Numbered from the stretch's first letter, positions 8,627-18,919 are shown. The stretch: 64,000 bases of DNA from Candidatus Latescibacterota bacterium (GCA_964291625.2 OZ220089.1:2176001-2240000), one strand, 5' to 3'. Made by a program: numbers and translations. The notes: generated by a model not told the origin, from the letters alone.

Positions 8627-9673
8627 ATGAAACAGGTCTTCCCCGACATGTACTGCTGGTCCGTCTTCAACGAGGACCGGCAGATCGACTTCAACGGCCA
8701 TCTGTGGGTGCGGGAGGAGGGGAACGTCCTCTTCGACCCGGTTCCGATGATCGAGTCCGATCTGGCCCAGCTCGAGCGGCTGGGAGGGGCCGCCTGGATC
8801 GTGGTCACCAACCGCGACCACGAGCGCGAGGCCGGCGCCTTCCGCCAGCGCACCGGCGCCCGGGTGATCGCCCACGAGGCCGACGCCGCGACCCTGACCA
8901 CCAGCGTCGACCGCGCCGTCGGCGAAGGGGAGATCCTCCCCGGCCTGCGGGCCGTGCCCCTGGAGCACGGCAAGAGCCCGGGCGAGATCGCCCTCCACTG
9001 GCCGGAGCGGGAGGTGATCCTGGCCAGCGATCTGGTGGTCGGCGCCCCGGTGGGACGGCTGAGCCTGCTGGCCGACGAGAAGCTCGAGGACGCGCCGGCG
9101 GCCGCCCTGGAGTGCCGCAAGCTCCTGGCCCTCGAGTTCGACGCCATCCTGGTCGGCGACGGCCACTCCCTCGTCACCGGGGCCCGCGAGCAGCTGCTGC
9201 GCTGCCTCGAGGCGCGCACGGACATCCACATCAACCACATCCACGCCGATGACCTGCGGTGGCGGCCCGGCCTCGACCGGGACGGCTACCGCTGGGACCA
9301 CAAGGACCTGGATCCCCTGGTGGGCGCCCGCCGGCTGGGCTACCAGCTGATCCGCCTGCCCCCGGGTCAGTCGACCTTCCCCTGTCACCTGCACCACTGC
9401 GCCGAGGAGCTGTTCGTCGTCCTGGAGGGGGAGTGCACCCTGCGCTCGGACCGGGGCTCCTGGAGCGTGCGCTCGGGCTCCTGCATCGCCTGCCCTCCTG
9501 GGCCCAGCGGCACCCACAAGTTCACCAACGAGAGCGCCGCCGACTGCGTCCTGCTGGCCGTGGGAGAGCAGATGACCCACGACGTGTGCGAGTACCCCGA
9601 CTCGGACAAGGTGGGCCTGCGGGCCGGCAGGTTCCGCAAGGGGGATGCGGTGGGCTACTGGGACGGGGAGTGA
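8627..9673 (+). CDS. Metallo-beta-lactamase-fold protein fused to a C-terminal cupin domain
   Basis: LFDP, TNRDHER, HGKSPGE, ILVGDG (degenerate MBL); then HLHHCAEELFVVLEG...H.F.N...EYPDS.K (cupin); AGGAGG RBS. Confidence 0.8.
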   Translation: MKQVFPDMYCWSVFNEDRQIDFNGHLWVREEGNVLFDPVPMIESDLAQLERLGGAAWIVVTNRDHEREAGAFRQRTGARVIAHEADAATLTTSVDRAVGEGEILPGLRAVPLEHGKSPGEIALHWPEREVILASDLVVGAPVGRLSLLADEKLEDAPAAALECRKLLALEFDAILVGDGHSLVTGAREQLLRCLEARTDIHINHIHADDLRWRPGLDRDGYRWDHKDLDPLVGARRLGYQLIRLPPGQSTFPCHLHHCAEELFVVLEGECTLRSDRGSWSVRSGSCIACPPGPSGTHKFTNESAADCVLLAVGEQMTHDVCEYPDSDKVGLRAGRFRKGDAVGYWDGE

Positions 9674-9749
9674 GCCCGAGAACTGCTTGCCGGGGGCCCC
9701 GGCCGGCGGTACCCTAATCCGCCCCCCTGTTCCCAGTCAGGAAGAGAGC

Positions 9750-12020
9750 ATGAACAGCATCCAGGCCGCCGTCGCGGGCCAGGCTCGCCGCAACAGCAAG
9801 CTGCTCGCAGGCGCCCGCTACCTCGGCGAGAGCGTCTCCTCCACCGTCCTGCCCCTCCAGGTCGACGTCTCCTCCGCCTCCGGTCTGACCGAGCAGCAGG
9901 TCGACGCCCTGGAGGGCCTGCAGATCGAGGCGGCGCGCACCGCCATCCGGTCCCTGGCCTCGCTGGCCGCCATCGGCGAGCTGGATCACCTCGGCGGCGG
10001 CCTCGAGCTGATCCCCGCCCTCACCCTCACCCTCGCCGTCACCGACTACGAGCGCGTCGAGTACACGATCGAGCACGCCCACACGAGTGTCGGCTACTAC
10101 GGCGCCCTGGCCGCCTACGGGTTCATCGACGACGACGCCGTCGTCGACCGGTTCCGGCGGGGCCTCGACCTGCCGGGCCACGTCTCCTGGCTGCCGGGGG
10201 GGACCCAGCTCAACGGCGGCCGCCTCGGCGTCATGATCCCCGCCGCCGTCGGCCAGGCCCTGGGCAAGGGGGCGCGGCGCGAGGACGGCGCCTGGGTAAT
10301 CGCCCACTGCGGCGACGCGGGCTGGGTCTCGGGACAGGCCCTCAACGGCTTCAACGGCGCCGACGTGGGCCGGGCGCCGATCACCTTCGTCATGCACCGC
10401 AACGGCATCCAGCTCTCCGGCGCGACGCGGTCGATCATGGACAAGGACCCGCGGCCGATCATCGAGTCCCTCGGCGTGCGCATCCTCGAGATCCCCACCC
10501 TCCACGACTCGGCCGCCCTCTTCGAGGCCTACCGCGAGGGCTGGCGCCTGGCGCAGGAGGGCACGCCGAACCTGATCTACCCCACCGGCTACCGCTCCCA
10601 CGAGGACCACGGCATCGTCGACCTGCGCTGGTTCGGCGAGCGCTACGGCGTCACCGAGCGGGTCGAGGAGATGGCCGCCGCCCACGGCGTCTCCATGGAC
10701 CGGCCCGTGTGGGTCCCCGGGTCGCTGATGAGCTTCCGCGACGACGGCCCCATGGTGGAGTGCCTCTTCCTGGTGAACGACCTGCCCGGCGGCGAGGGCC
10801 ACCACGACGGCCACATGAAGGACCGCGGCGAGGCCGAGGTCCTGGCGGGGCCGATGTTCCAGACCACGAGCGACCAGCGCGCCGCCCTCGGCCGGCTGCG
10901 CAGGAGGGAGGCTCGCGAGGTCGTCACCCGCGCCCGGCCGGCGCCCGGCAGCCCCAACCTCGTGCTCACCGACGACCAGCGGTCGGCCGCCGACCTTCCG
11001 GGCGCCGGGGAGAAGGTGAGCCCCCGCAACGGCTCCGAGGCCGCGTACGCCGCCGTGGCCGCGGCCCATCCGGAGGCGATGTTCGTGGTCAGCTGCGACC
11101 TCGACGCCTCGACCAAGCTCGGCAAGGCCCGGGCCCTGCTGGCGCCGGACCACGCCTTCGAGATGAGCATCGAGGAGCAGGCCGCCTGTCTGATCGCCGA
11201 CGGCCTCGCCGTCAGCTCCCGCGAGCCCCAGCTCAACGTGGTCTCCACCTTCGCCGCCTTCTTCGAGGGGATCGCCCGCGAGGGCTTCGACATGTGGCGC
11301 TACCAGCGCAACCTCACCGGCGTCAACGAGGGCCTCAACGTCACCTTCCACCTCTCCCACGTGGGCGCCTGCACCGGCCGCGACCACTTCTCGGGCTGGG
11401 GGCTGGACTGGATCAACGTGGGCCTCACCTACCTGCCCTACCTGCACCGGTTCTACGCGCCGGCCGACGCCCGCGCCGCCTTCCTCGCCGTGGTCGATCT
11501 CGCCGCCCACTACGGCGGGCACGTCATCGGCATCCCCCGCGACAACCTGCCGGTCCTGGAGAAGCAGGACGGCTCCGGACCGCTGTGGCAGCCAACGGAC
11601 CCGTGGGAGCCCGTCACCGCCTACCGCCGCACCGAGGGGGCCGAGCGGGCGATCCTCGCCCTCGGGGCGCCGGCCTTCCTCGCCGGAGAGGCCGCGGGGA
11701 CCCTGGGCCGCCAGGGTCTGCCCACGGACGCGCACGTGGTCAACGGCCTGCCACTCACGGAGCGCGAGCTGGAGAAGCTGCTGGCCCCCTACCCGGGCGG
11801 GATCGTCACCGTGGAAGACGGCTTCATCGGCACGCCGCAGACCGGCGTGCGCGGCTTCGCGGGGCTGGTGGCGTCCAAGGCGGCCGAGGCGGGCCTGCCC
11901 GTGGAGCACTTGGGGATCACCGATCCGACCACGGCCCCCTCGGACGGGCACATGGAGACCTGGAGGCACTTCGGCATCACCCGGCGGGGGCTGGCGGCGG
12001 CGGTCCGAAGGCTGTCATGA
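9750..12020 (+). CDS. Divergent single-chain transketolase-like ThDP enzyme
   Basis: DHLGGG, LPGH, GDAG...N ThDP motif, SCDL..ST, SIEEQ, STFAAF, DHFSG, VTVED; start set at ATG 9750 after a purine-rich RBS. Confidence 0.75.
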   Translation: MNSIQAAVAGQARRNSKLLAGARYLGESVSSTVLPLQVDVSSASGLTEQQVDALEGLQIEAARTAIRSLASLAAIGELDHLGGGLELIPALTLTLAVTDYERVEYTIEHAHTSVGYYGALAAYGFIDDDAVVDRFRRGLDLPGHVSWLPGGTQLNGGRLGVMIPAAVGQALGKGARREDGAWVIAHCGDAGWVSGQALNGFNGADVGRAPITFVMHRNGIQLSGATRSIMDKDPRPIIESLGVRILEIPTLHDSAALFEAYREGWRLAQEGTPNLIYPTGYRSHEDHGIVDLRWFGERYGVTERVEEMAAAHGVSMDRPVWVPGSLMSFRDDGPMVECLFLVNDLPGGEGHHDGHMKDRGEAEVLAGPMFQTTSDQRAALGRLRRREAREVVTRARPAPGSPNLVLTDDQRSAADLPGAGEKVSPRNGSEAAYAAVAAAHPEAMFVVSCDLDASTKLGKARALLAPDHAFEMSIEEQAACLIADGLAVSSREPQLNVVSTFAAFFEGIAREGFDMWRYQRNLTGVNEGLNVTFHLSHVGACTGRDHFSGWGLDWINVGLTYLPYLHRFYAPADARAAFLAVVDLAAHYGGHVIGIPRDNLPVLEKQDGSGPLWQPTDPWEPVTAYRRTEGAERAILALGAPAFLAGEAAGTLGRQGLPTDAHVVNGLPLTERELEKLLAPYPGGIVTVEDGFIGTPQTGVRGFAGLVASKAAEAGLPVEHLGITDPTTAPSDGHMETWRHFGITRRGLAAAVRRLS

Positions 12021-12102
12021 CACCTGTGGCCTGCACGCAGGTTCGCGGACGGATTCACGCGAGACCGCGCGCGCAGGCGCTCGAAACGGAAAGGGAATCT
12101 CG

Positions 12103-12759
12103 ATGAGACGGATCTCGACGATCGCCGCGGGCGCGGCGCTGGCAGGCATGACGGCCTGCGGAACCTCGGAGGAGGGGGACACGATGGGAGGCGACATGGG
12201 AGCGCTGATGGACCCGGCGGGCGCGGAGATGACGCAGGAGGCTCCGGCCACCTTCCGGGCGCGGTTCGAGACTACCAAGGGGATTTTCGTGGTCGAGGTG
12301 GAGCGCCGGCTGGCGCCGCGCGGCGCCGACCGCTTCTACAACTTGGTGCGCCACGGCTACTACAACGGAACCAAGCTCTTCCGCGTCATCCCCGGATTCG
12401 TGGTGCAGTGGGGGATGAGCGGCAACCCGGCCCTCAACAAGGAATGGCACCAGGCCCGGATCCCCGACGACCCGGTGATCGCCAGCAACGAGGCCGGCAC
12501 CATCACCTTCGCCATGGCCGGCCCGAACACGCGCACCACCCAGCTCTTCATCAACTACAAGAACAACGCCGGTCTCGACGGCCAGGGCTTCGCCCCCTTC
12601 GGCCGCGTCGTCGAGGGCATGGAGGTGGTCGAGTCCTTCAACGCCGAGTACGGACGCACCCCGTCCGACAACCAGCAGCGCATCGGGGCGGAAGGCAACG
12701 CCTTCCTCGAGAAGCACTTCCCCAATCTCGACGCCATCCTGAGCGCGACGATCGAGTAG
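12103..12759 (+). CDS. Cyclophilin-type peptidyl-prolyl cis-trans isomerase, predicted lipoprotein
   Basis: Lipobox-like MTAC; FETTKG, FRVIPGFVVQWG, FAMAGPNTRTTQLFIN, FAPFGRVVEGM. Confidence 0.92.
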   Translation: MRRISTIAAGAALAGMTACGTSEEGDTMGGDMGALMDPAGAEMTQEAPATFRARFETTKGIFVVEVERRLAPRGADRFYNLVRHGYYNGTKLFRVIPGFVVQWGMSGNPALNKEWHQARIPDDPVIASNEAGTITFAMAGPNTRTTQLFINYKNNAGLDGQGFAPFGRVVEGMEVVESFNAEYGRTPSDNQQRIGAEGNAFLEKHFPNLDAILSATIE

Positions 12760-12768
12760 CCGGGGCCG

Positions 12769-13683
12769 TTGGCCGGCTACCGCACCGACCACATCGGTCC
12801 CGGCGCCGCCTCCCTGGCGCTGCTGACCGCCGTTCTCTGGGGCGGCAACCAGGTCGCCATCGAGGCCGCCCTGGAGGGCCTGCCGGCCCTGGCCCTCGGC
12901 GCCGCCCGCTTCGCCATCGGCTGGGCGGTGGTCGCCGTCGCCGCCGCCGTCACCCGGGAGCCGGTGAACTTGGCTCCGGGGCAGCTGCGCCCCCTCGTCG
13001 GCCTCACCCTGCTCTTCGTCGCCCAGATCGCCTCCCTCAACATCGGCTCCGACCACACCACTTCGAGCCGCGCCATCGTGGTGATCTCGGCCTACCCCTT
13101 CTTCACCGCCGTATTCTCCCACCTGCTGATCCCCGGCGACCGTCTCGCGCCCCGGATGGTGCTCGGCATGGTCCTCTCCTTCGCCGGCATCGTGTGGATG
13201 TTCGCCGAGAGCCTCTCCTGGCGGTCGATGGCCTACCTCCTCGGTGACGCGGTGGTCCTGCTCAGCGCCGCCCTGCTGGGCCTGCGCCAGGTGGTGATCA
13301 AGCGCCTCGTCTCCGGCCTCCATCCCTACAAGGTCCTGTTCTGGCAGGCCCTGCTGAGCGTGCCCGTCTTCGCGGGCCTGAGCCTGCTCCTCGAAGGAAC
13401 GTCGGGGTACGCCTGGAATGCGGGGGCGGTCCTGGGCGTGCTCTACCAGGGAATCGTGGTGGCAGGGGCCTGCTTCATCATCCTCGTCCACCTCTTCACC
13501 CGGCACAGCGCCGGCCGCCTCGGCATCTACGGCTTCGTCACCCCCGCCGTCGGCGTGGCGCTGAGCATGTGGATCATGGACGAGGTGCCGACCCCGGCCG
13601 TCGTCGGCAGCATGGCCCTGGTGGCCGCCGGCATCGCCGTGTCCCATACGGCGCCGCGGGCCCCCGAGCCGGACAGGGCCTGA
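12769..13683 (+). CDS. EamA/DMT family transporter
   Basis: About ten hydrophobic segments, LWGGN, ARF and GD...L motifs; TTG start uncertain. Confidence 0.85.
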   Translation: MAGYRTDHIGPGAASLALLTAVLWGGNQVAIEAALEGLPALALGAARFAIGWAVVAVAAAVTREPVNLAPGQLRPLVGLTLLFVAQIASLNIGSDHTTSSRAIVVISAYPFFTAVFSHLLIPGDRLAPRMVLGMVLSFAGIVWMFAESLSWRSMAYLLGDAVVLLSAALLGLRQVVIKRLVSGLHPYKVLFWQALLSVPVFAGLSLLLEGTSGYAWNAGAVLGVLYQGIVVAGACFIILVHLFTRHSAGRLGIYGFVTPAVGVALSMWIMDEVPTPAVVGSMALVAAGIAVSHTAPRAPEPDRA

Positions 13684-13739
13684 GGGCCCCCTCCGCACGC
13701 GCCCGAGGAACCAGGGCGGTATATTTCCGTCCCTTCCCC

Positions 13740-16700
13740 ATGCCCCGAATGGAATACGTCGCCGACATCCACCTGCACTCGCGCTGGTCGCGGGCCACCA
13801 GCCGCGACCTGAACCCCGAAAACCTGCACAAGTGGTCGCAGCTGAAGGGGATCGGCGTCGTCGGCACGGCCGACTTCACGCACCCCGAGTGGCTGGCGGA
13901 GCTGAAGGAGAAGCTGGAGCCGGCGGAGGAGGGGCTCTTCCGCCTCCGGCCCGACCTCGCCAAACCCGTCGACGGGCAGGTGCCGCCCTCGTGCCGGGGG
14001 CAGGTCCGCTTCCTGCTCACCGTGGAGATCAGCTCGATCTACAAGCGGGGCGGGCGCACCCGCAAGGTCCACAACGTCGTCTGCCTGCCCGGCTTCGACG
14101 CCGTGGACGACCTCAACCGGCGGCTCTCGGCGATCGGCAACCTGGGCTCGGACGGGCGCCCCATCCTCGGCCTCGACAGCCGCGACCTGCTGGAGATCTG
14201 CCTCGAGGTCGATCCCCGGGTGCTGTTCATCCCCGCCCACATCTGGACGCCCCACTTCGCCGTCCTCGGCGCCAGCTCCGGCTTCGACAGCCTCGAGGAG
14301 TGCTTCGACGACCTGCTGCCCCACATCTTCGCCGTCGAGACCGGCCTCTCCTCCGACCCGCCCATGAACAGCCGGCTCTCCGCCCTCGACCGCTACGCCG
14401 TGGTCTCCAACTCCGACGCGCACTCGCCCTCCCGCCTCGGCCGCGAGGCGACCTGCTTCGACACGGAGCTCTCCTACACCGGGATGCGCGAGGCCCTGCG
14501 CTCCCGCGACCCGTCCCGGTTCACCGGCACCATCGAGTTCTACCCCGAGGAGGGGAAGTACCACTACGACGGGCACCGCAAGTGCGGGGTCCGCTGGAAG
14601 CCGGCCGAGACCCGGGCCGCCGCCGGCCTCTGCCCGGAGTGCGGGCGCAAGCTCACGGTGGGCGTCCTGCACCGGGTCGAGAGCCTCGCCGACCGCGGCG
14701 AGGAGGAAGAGCCGACGGTGGAGCGGCCCTTCGAGTACCTCATCGCCCTCGACGAGGTGATCGGCTCGTGCATCGGCGTGGGGCCGAAGAGCAAGAGGGT
14801 GCAGGGCATCCACCGGCACCTGCTGGAGCAGCTCGGCCCGGAGCTGTCGGTGCTGCGCGCCGTGGACCCGGAGCGCATGGCCGCTTGCGGGGAGCCCCTG
14901 GTGGCCGAGGGCGTGCGCCGCATGCGCGAGGGCCGGGTCGCCATCGAGCCCGGGTACGACGGTGAGTACGGGGTGATCCAGGTCTTCACCGAGGAGGAAC
15001 GCCGGCGGCTGGAGGGCCAGGGCCGGCTGTTCAACCTGCCGGCGGAGCCACCGCCCGCCGACACCGGCACCCAGGCCGCGGCCGTGGACGCCGCCGACCT
15101 CGTGGAACCCATCGCCCCGGAGCCCGCCGCCGTCGACACCGGGGCGGTCGCCGCGCCGTCCGCGGCCCCGCCCGTCGATGCGAAGGCCCTGGACGCCGCA
15201 CACGTGGTGGAGCGCATTGCCCTGGAGTCTGTTGACGGGACGCCGCGCCTGGACGCGCTGCTCGAGGCCGCGGAGGAGTCCACCGGCGAGAAGGCCCTGG
15301 AGGATCTGGACCACGACCAGAGGGAGGCGGTGAGGGCCGCCGGCCCGGTGGCCGTGATCGCCGGACCCGGCTCGGGCAAGACCCGGACCCTGACGCGGCG
15401 GATCGCCTGGCTGGTGCGGGAGCGCTCCTGCCCGCCGGAGCGCATCGCCGCCGTGACCTTCACCCAGCGCGCGTCCCGGGAGATGGCCGAGCGCCTGGAG
15501 GATCTGCTGGGCGAGCAGGCCGGGGCCGTGCGCGTGGGCACCTTCCACCGGCTGGCCATCGACTGGACCGCCGGGATCACCGGCGCCGGACCGCCGCTGG
15601 TGGTGGACGAGGCCGAGTCCCTCGGCCTGCTGCGCGACGTGCTGGCCCGCTCGCGGCCGGCCGGGGCGCAGACCCGCGATCTCCGCGACCGCATCTCGCG
15701 GTGGAAGGCGGACGGCCTGCGGCCCGGGGACCTGGCCGGCGAACCCCTCGCCGGGGCCTACGCCGCCTACCAGGAGCGCCTGGAGGCCTGCGGCGCCCGC
15801 GACTACGACGACCTCCTCCTCGACCTGCTGGAGCTGCTGCGCGGCGACGAAGCGGTCTGCCGTCGGGCCGCGGCCGATCAGGACCACCTCCTCGTCGACG
15901 AGTTCCAGGACGTCAACGCGGTTCAGTACGAGCTGGTGAGGCGGCTGGCCGCCTCCGGCGAAGGCCTGTTCGTCATCGGCGATCCGGACCAGGCGATATA
16001 CGGCTTCCGCGGCGCCGACCCGCGGTACTTCGCCCGCCTGGGGCAGGACTTCCCGGACCTTCGCGAGCACCGGCTGGAGCGCAACTACCGCAGCGCCCCG
16101 GGCGTGGCCGCCGCCTCCCGGGCGGTGATCGCGAGCGGCAGCCCCCCGGCGGGCGTCAGCGGCGGCGGCGCGGCCTCCCGAGCGGTGATCGGCGGCCAGT
16201 GGCGGCCGGCCCCAGGCAGCGACGGCGGCGCAACTCCCCCCGGACCCTGCATCCGCCTCGTCGAGGCCGGCAGCGAGCAGGCCGAGGCGATCGCCGTGGT
16301 CCGCGCCGTGCAGGAGCTGGTGGGCGGCACCGACATGGTCGCCACCGATCAGGCCAGCGGGACCCCCGAGCCCGGGAGCTACGGCTTCGACGACGTGGCC
16401 GTCCTCTTCCGCACCGGCCGCCAGGCCGCGGCGCTGGAGGAGTGCTTCCTCACCGAGGGCCTGCCGTACTCCGTCTCCGGTTCGCGGCGTTTCCTGGAGG
16501 AGCGAGGCGCCCGGGACGCGGTGGCCTTCTTCCGCTACGCCCTGGAGCCCGGGCGCCCCCTGCGCATGCTGGAGGCCCTGCGCACCGGCCCCTTCGACGC
16601 CGGCGCCGCGGCCCTGGGGCGGCTGTCGGAGGCCATCGGCTCAGCGGGCGAGCTGGAGGCCGCCGCCAGCGGGCTCCCCACCAAGGCCGCCGCCCAGGTG

Positions 16701-17252
16701 GAGGCCCTGCGCCGGGCCGCCGCCGGGTACGCCCGCCGCGCCGAGAACGAGCCCCCGGACAAGGTGCTGCGCGTCTGGCAGGAGGACCTCGGCGTGGAGG
16801 CCACCCCGGCCTTCGAGCAGCTCGTCGGCGTCGCCGCGGGAGCCGCCTCCATGGGGGAGCTGCTCGACACGCTGCTGCTGGGCCGCGAGGGCGACGTGAC
16901 CCGCCGCGACGGCCGGCCCGCCGCGCAGGCCGTGGCCCTCATGACGATGCACGCCGCCAAGGGCCTGGAGTTTCCGGTGGTGATCGTCTCCGGCGTGGAG
17001 GACGGCCTCGTGCCGCTGCGCGACGGGGACGGCGCCGCCGACCTGGAGGAGGAGCGGCGCCTGCTCTTCGTAGCCCTCACCCGGGCCCGGGAGCGGCTGA
17101 TCCTCACCCGGTCGCGGCAGCGCACAGTGCGCGGACAGCGCGCGAGCCTGCCGCCGTCGCCGTTCCTGGCGGACCTGCCCCCGGAGCTGTGCGAGCTGCA
17201 GGACGCCGACACGCGTCCCCGGCGCCGCGGCGCTCAGCTGGAGCTCTTCTAG
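13740..17252 (+). CDS. Endonuclease Q / PHP-domain protein fused to a UvrD/REP-family SF1 helicase
   Basis: ADIHLHS, PAHIWTP, ETGLSSD, SNSDAHS, GKYHYDGHR, CPECG; then AGPGSGKT, LVDEFQD, IGDPDQAIYGFRGA, NYRS, TMHAAKGLEF, EERRLLFVALTRA; start 13740 or 13749. Confidence 0.9.
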   Translation: MPRMEYVADIHLHSRWSRATSRDLNPENLHKWSQLKGIGVVGTADFTHPEWLAELKEKLEPAEEGLFRLRPDLAKPVDGQVPPSCRGQVRFLLTVEISSIYKRGGRTRKVHNVVCLPGFDAVDDLNRRLSAIGNLGSDGRPILGLDSRDLLEICLEVDPRVLFIPAHIWTPHFAVLGASSGFDSLEECFDDLLPHIFAVETGLSSDPPMNSRLSALDRYAVVSNSDAHSPSRLGREATCFDTELSYTGMREALRSRDPSRFTGTIEFYPEEGKYHYDGHRKCGVRWKPAETRAAAGLCPECGRKLTVGVLHRVESLADRGEEEEPTVERPFEYLIALDEVIGSCIGVGPKSKRVQGIHRHLLEQLGPELSVLRAVDPERMAACGEPLVAEGVRRMREGRVAIEPGYDGEYGVIQVFTEEERRRLEGQGRLFNLPAEPPPADTGTQAAAVDAADLVEPIAPEPAAVDTGAVAAPSAAPPVDAKALDAAHVVERIALESVDGTPRLDALLEAAEESTGEKALEDLDHDQREAVRAAGPVAVIAGPGSGKTRTLTRRIAWLVRERSCPPERIAAVTFTQRASREMAERLEDLLGEQAGAVRVGTFHRLAIDWTAGITGAGPPLVVDEAESLGLLRDVLARSRPAGAQTRDLRDRISRWKADGLRPGDLAGEPLAGAYAAYQERLEACGARDYDDLLLDLLELLRGDEAVCRRAAADQDHLLVDEFQDVNAVQYELVRRLAASGEGLFVIGDPDQAIYGFRGADPRYFARLGQDFPDLREHRLERNYRSAPGVAAASRAVIASGSPPAGVSGGGAASRAVIGGQWRPAPGSDGGATPPGPCIRLVEAGSEQAEAIAVVRAVQELVGGTDMVATDQASGTPEPGSYGFDDVAVLFRTGRQAAALEECFLTEGLPYSVSGSRRFLEERGARDAVAFFRYALEPGRPLRMLEALRTGPFDAGAAALGRLSEAIGSAGELEAAASGLPTKAAAQVEALRRAAAGYARRAENEPPDKVLRVWQEDLGVEATPAFEQLVGVAAGAASMGELLDTLLLGREGDVTRRDGRPAAQAVALMTMHAAKGLEFPVVIVSGVEDGLVPLRDGDGAADLEEERRLLFVALTRARERLILTRSRQRTVRGQRASLPPSPFLADLPPELCELQDADTRPRRRGAQLELF

Positions 17253-17410
17253 GGTAGAAGGAAGGAGTCCCGGCACCTCGTGTCGGCGCGGTGCGGGCCC
17301 CCGGAGCCGCGGCGCCCAGCTGGAGCTGTTCTTAGGTAGAAGGAAGAGTCCCGGCGCCCCGTCTCGGCGAGGGCCGGGCCCCCGTGCCGCGGCGCCCGGC
17401 TCGAGTCGGC
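17224..17410 (+). repeat. Degenerate tandem repeat (~81 bp unit, ~2.3 copies) overlapping the helicase 3' end
   Basis: GCCGCGGCGC starts at 17224, 17306 and 17386; CAGCTGGAGCT..TTCT..GGTAGAAGGAAG.AGTCCCGGC is present in copies 1 and 2. Confidence 0.8.
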
Positions 17411-17437
17411 GCCCCGGGCGAGCGCCGTCAGCGGGTC

Positions 17438-18919
17438 CTATACCCCCGGCAGGGGCGCCGTGTCCCCGACCTGCTGCTGCCACAGCCGCAGGCGCGCCGC
17501 CATCCAGCGCACGCGGTCGCGGTGCTCGGGCCGGCCGAAGAGGTTGGTGGTCTCCGCCGGGTCCGCGTTCAGGTCGAACAGCTCGCCCTGATCGGCGGCG
17601 CACAAGGTCAGCTTCCAGCGGTCGGCGGTGACCACGCTGCGCCACGGCGCGGTCTTGAGCAGGTTGAGCTGGCGCACGCGCTCCGGCGGCATGGTGTGCG
17701 ACTCGGCCGCCGAAGTCAGGTCGCGGTCGCCGACGCCGTTGTGCTGGATGAACACGTCCTCACCGCTCAGATCGGCTTCACCGCGGATCACCGCGGCCCG
17801 GCTGGCACCGGGCAGGCCCTCGGGCACGTCCTGACCGAGCAGGTCGAGCAGGGTGGGCACGAAGTCGATCTGGCTGAAGTTGCCGCCGATGCGGCGCTGG
17901 CCCTCGTGCAGCCACGGGGCGCGCACCAGCAGCGGCACCCGCGCCGACTCCTCGTACGGAGAGCGCATCTCCACGTGGCCGTGGGTGCCGACCATCTCGC
18001 CGTGGTCGCTGGTGAACACGACGATCGTCTCGTCCCGCAGCCCGGCCCCGTCGATGGCGTCGAGGATGCGGCCCACCATGCCGTCCACCAGCGACACGCA
18101 GCCGTAGTAGTTGGCGCGCATCCGCCGACACCCCGAATCCGTACTCAGGTCGAAGCCCCCGTCGTGTACGGCCTGCATCCAGAACTCGGCCCGGATGCGG
18201 TTGAACAGCGAGTGACCCTCCGGGTAGACGCGGAAGGTCTCGTCCACGGGCAGGCTCTCGGGGTCGTAGAGGCCGTCCCATGGGCTGGTGAAGGGCGGGT
18301 GCGGCTCCTTGGAGCTGACGTAGAGGACGAAGGGCCGTCCGGCGTTGCGCTCGATGAACCCGGCCGCCTGCCGGCCCAGCCAGGTGGCCATCTGGTACTC
18401 CAGGGGCAGGCCGGCGCGGAAGTCGTCGGAGAACATGGCCCCCGCCGGATGCGGGGCGTCCGGCTCGAAGCCGTGCTCGACGAGCCAGTGGTGGTAGGGC
18501 GAGAGCTGCTTCTTCAGCGCCTCGGTGGTGTACTCCGGCCACCAGTGGTCGAAGCATCCGATCCACTCGTCGAAGCCGTGCTGCGCCTGGATCTCGTCGC
18601 CCAGGTGCCACTTGCCGATGTAGCCGCTGTGGTAGCCGCCGGGGAGCATCTCGGCGATGGTCGGCACGCGGCCGGGCAGGATGCGGCGGTTCACGGGCAT
18701 GCCGGCGTCCACCGGGTAGCGCCCGCACAGGATGGAGGCCCGGGACGGGCAGCAGACCGCCTGGGTGACGTAGCAGTTGTCGAAGACCAGGCTCTCCCCG
18801 GCCAGCCGGTTCAGGCGCGGCACCTGGATCCAGTCGTTGCCGTAGCAGGCGAGGGTGTCGCGGCGCTGCCGGTCGGGGAGCACGAAGACGAGGTTGGGGC
18901 GTTCGGGCGGTGACGGCAT
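17438..18919 (-). CDS. Sulfatase (Cys-type formylglycine-dependent), cytoplasmic
   Basis: PNLVFVLPD, CCPSRAS (CxPxR), GKWHLG, PHPP, FTSDHG, ELFDLNADP.E; start MPSPPER at 18919. Confidence 0.92.
   Translation of the reverse strand: MPSPPERPNLVFVLPDRQRRDTLACYGNDWIQVPRLNRLAGESLVFDNCYVTQAVCCPSRASILCGRYPVDAGMPVNRRILPGRVPTIAEMLPGGYHSGYIGKWHLGDEIQAQHGFDEWIGCFDHWWPEYTTEALKKQLSPYHHWLVEHGFEPDAPHPAGAMFSDDFRAGLPLEYQMATWLGRQAAGFIERNAGRPFVLYVSSKEPHPPFTSPWDGLYDPESLPVDETFRVYPEGHSLFNRIRAEFWMQAVHDGGFDLSTDSGCRRMRANYYGCVSLVDGMVGRILDAIDGAGLRDETIVVFTSDHGEMVGTHGHVEMRSPYEESARVPLLVRAPWLHEGQRRIGGNFSQIDFVPTLLDLLGQDVPEGLPGASRAAVIRGEADLSGEDVFIQHNGVGDRDLTSAAESHTMPPERVRQLNLLKTAPWRSVVTADRWKLTLCAADQGELFDLNADPAETTNLFGRPEHRDRVRWMAARLRLWQQQVGDTAPLPGV

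Noticed and set aside
17224-17410. CRISPR array
   Set aside because: The whole ~81 bp unit is similar between copies, with no unique spacers; there are only ~2.3 copies and no cas genes
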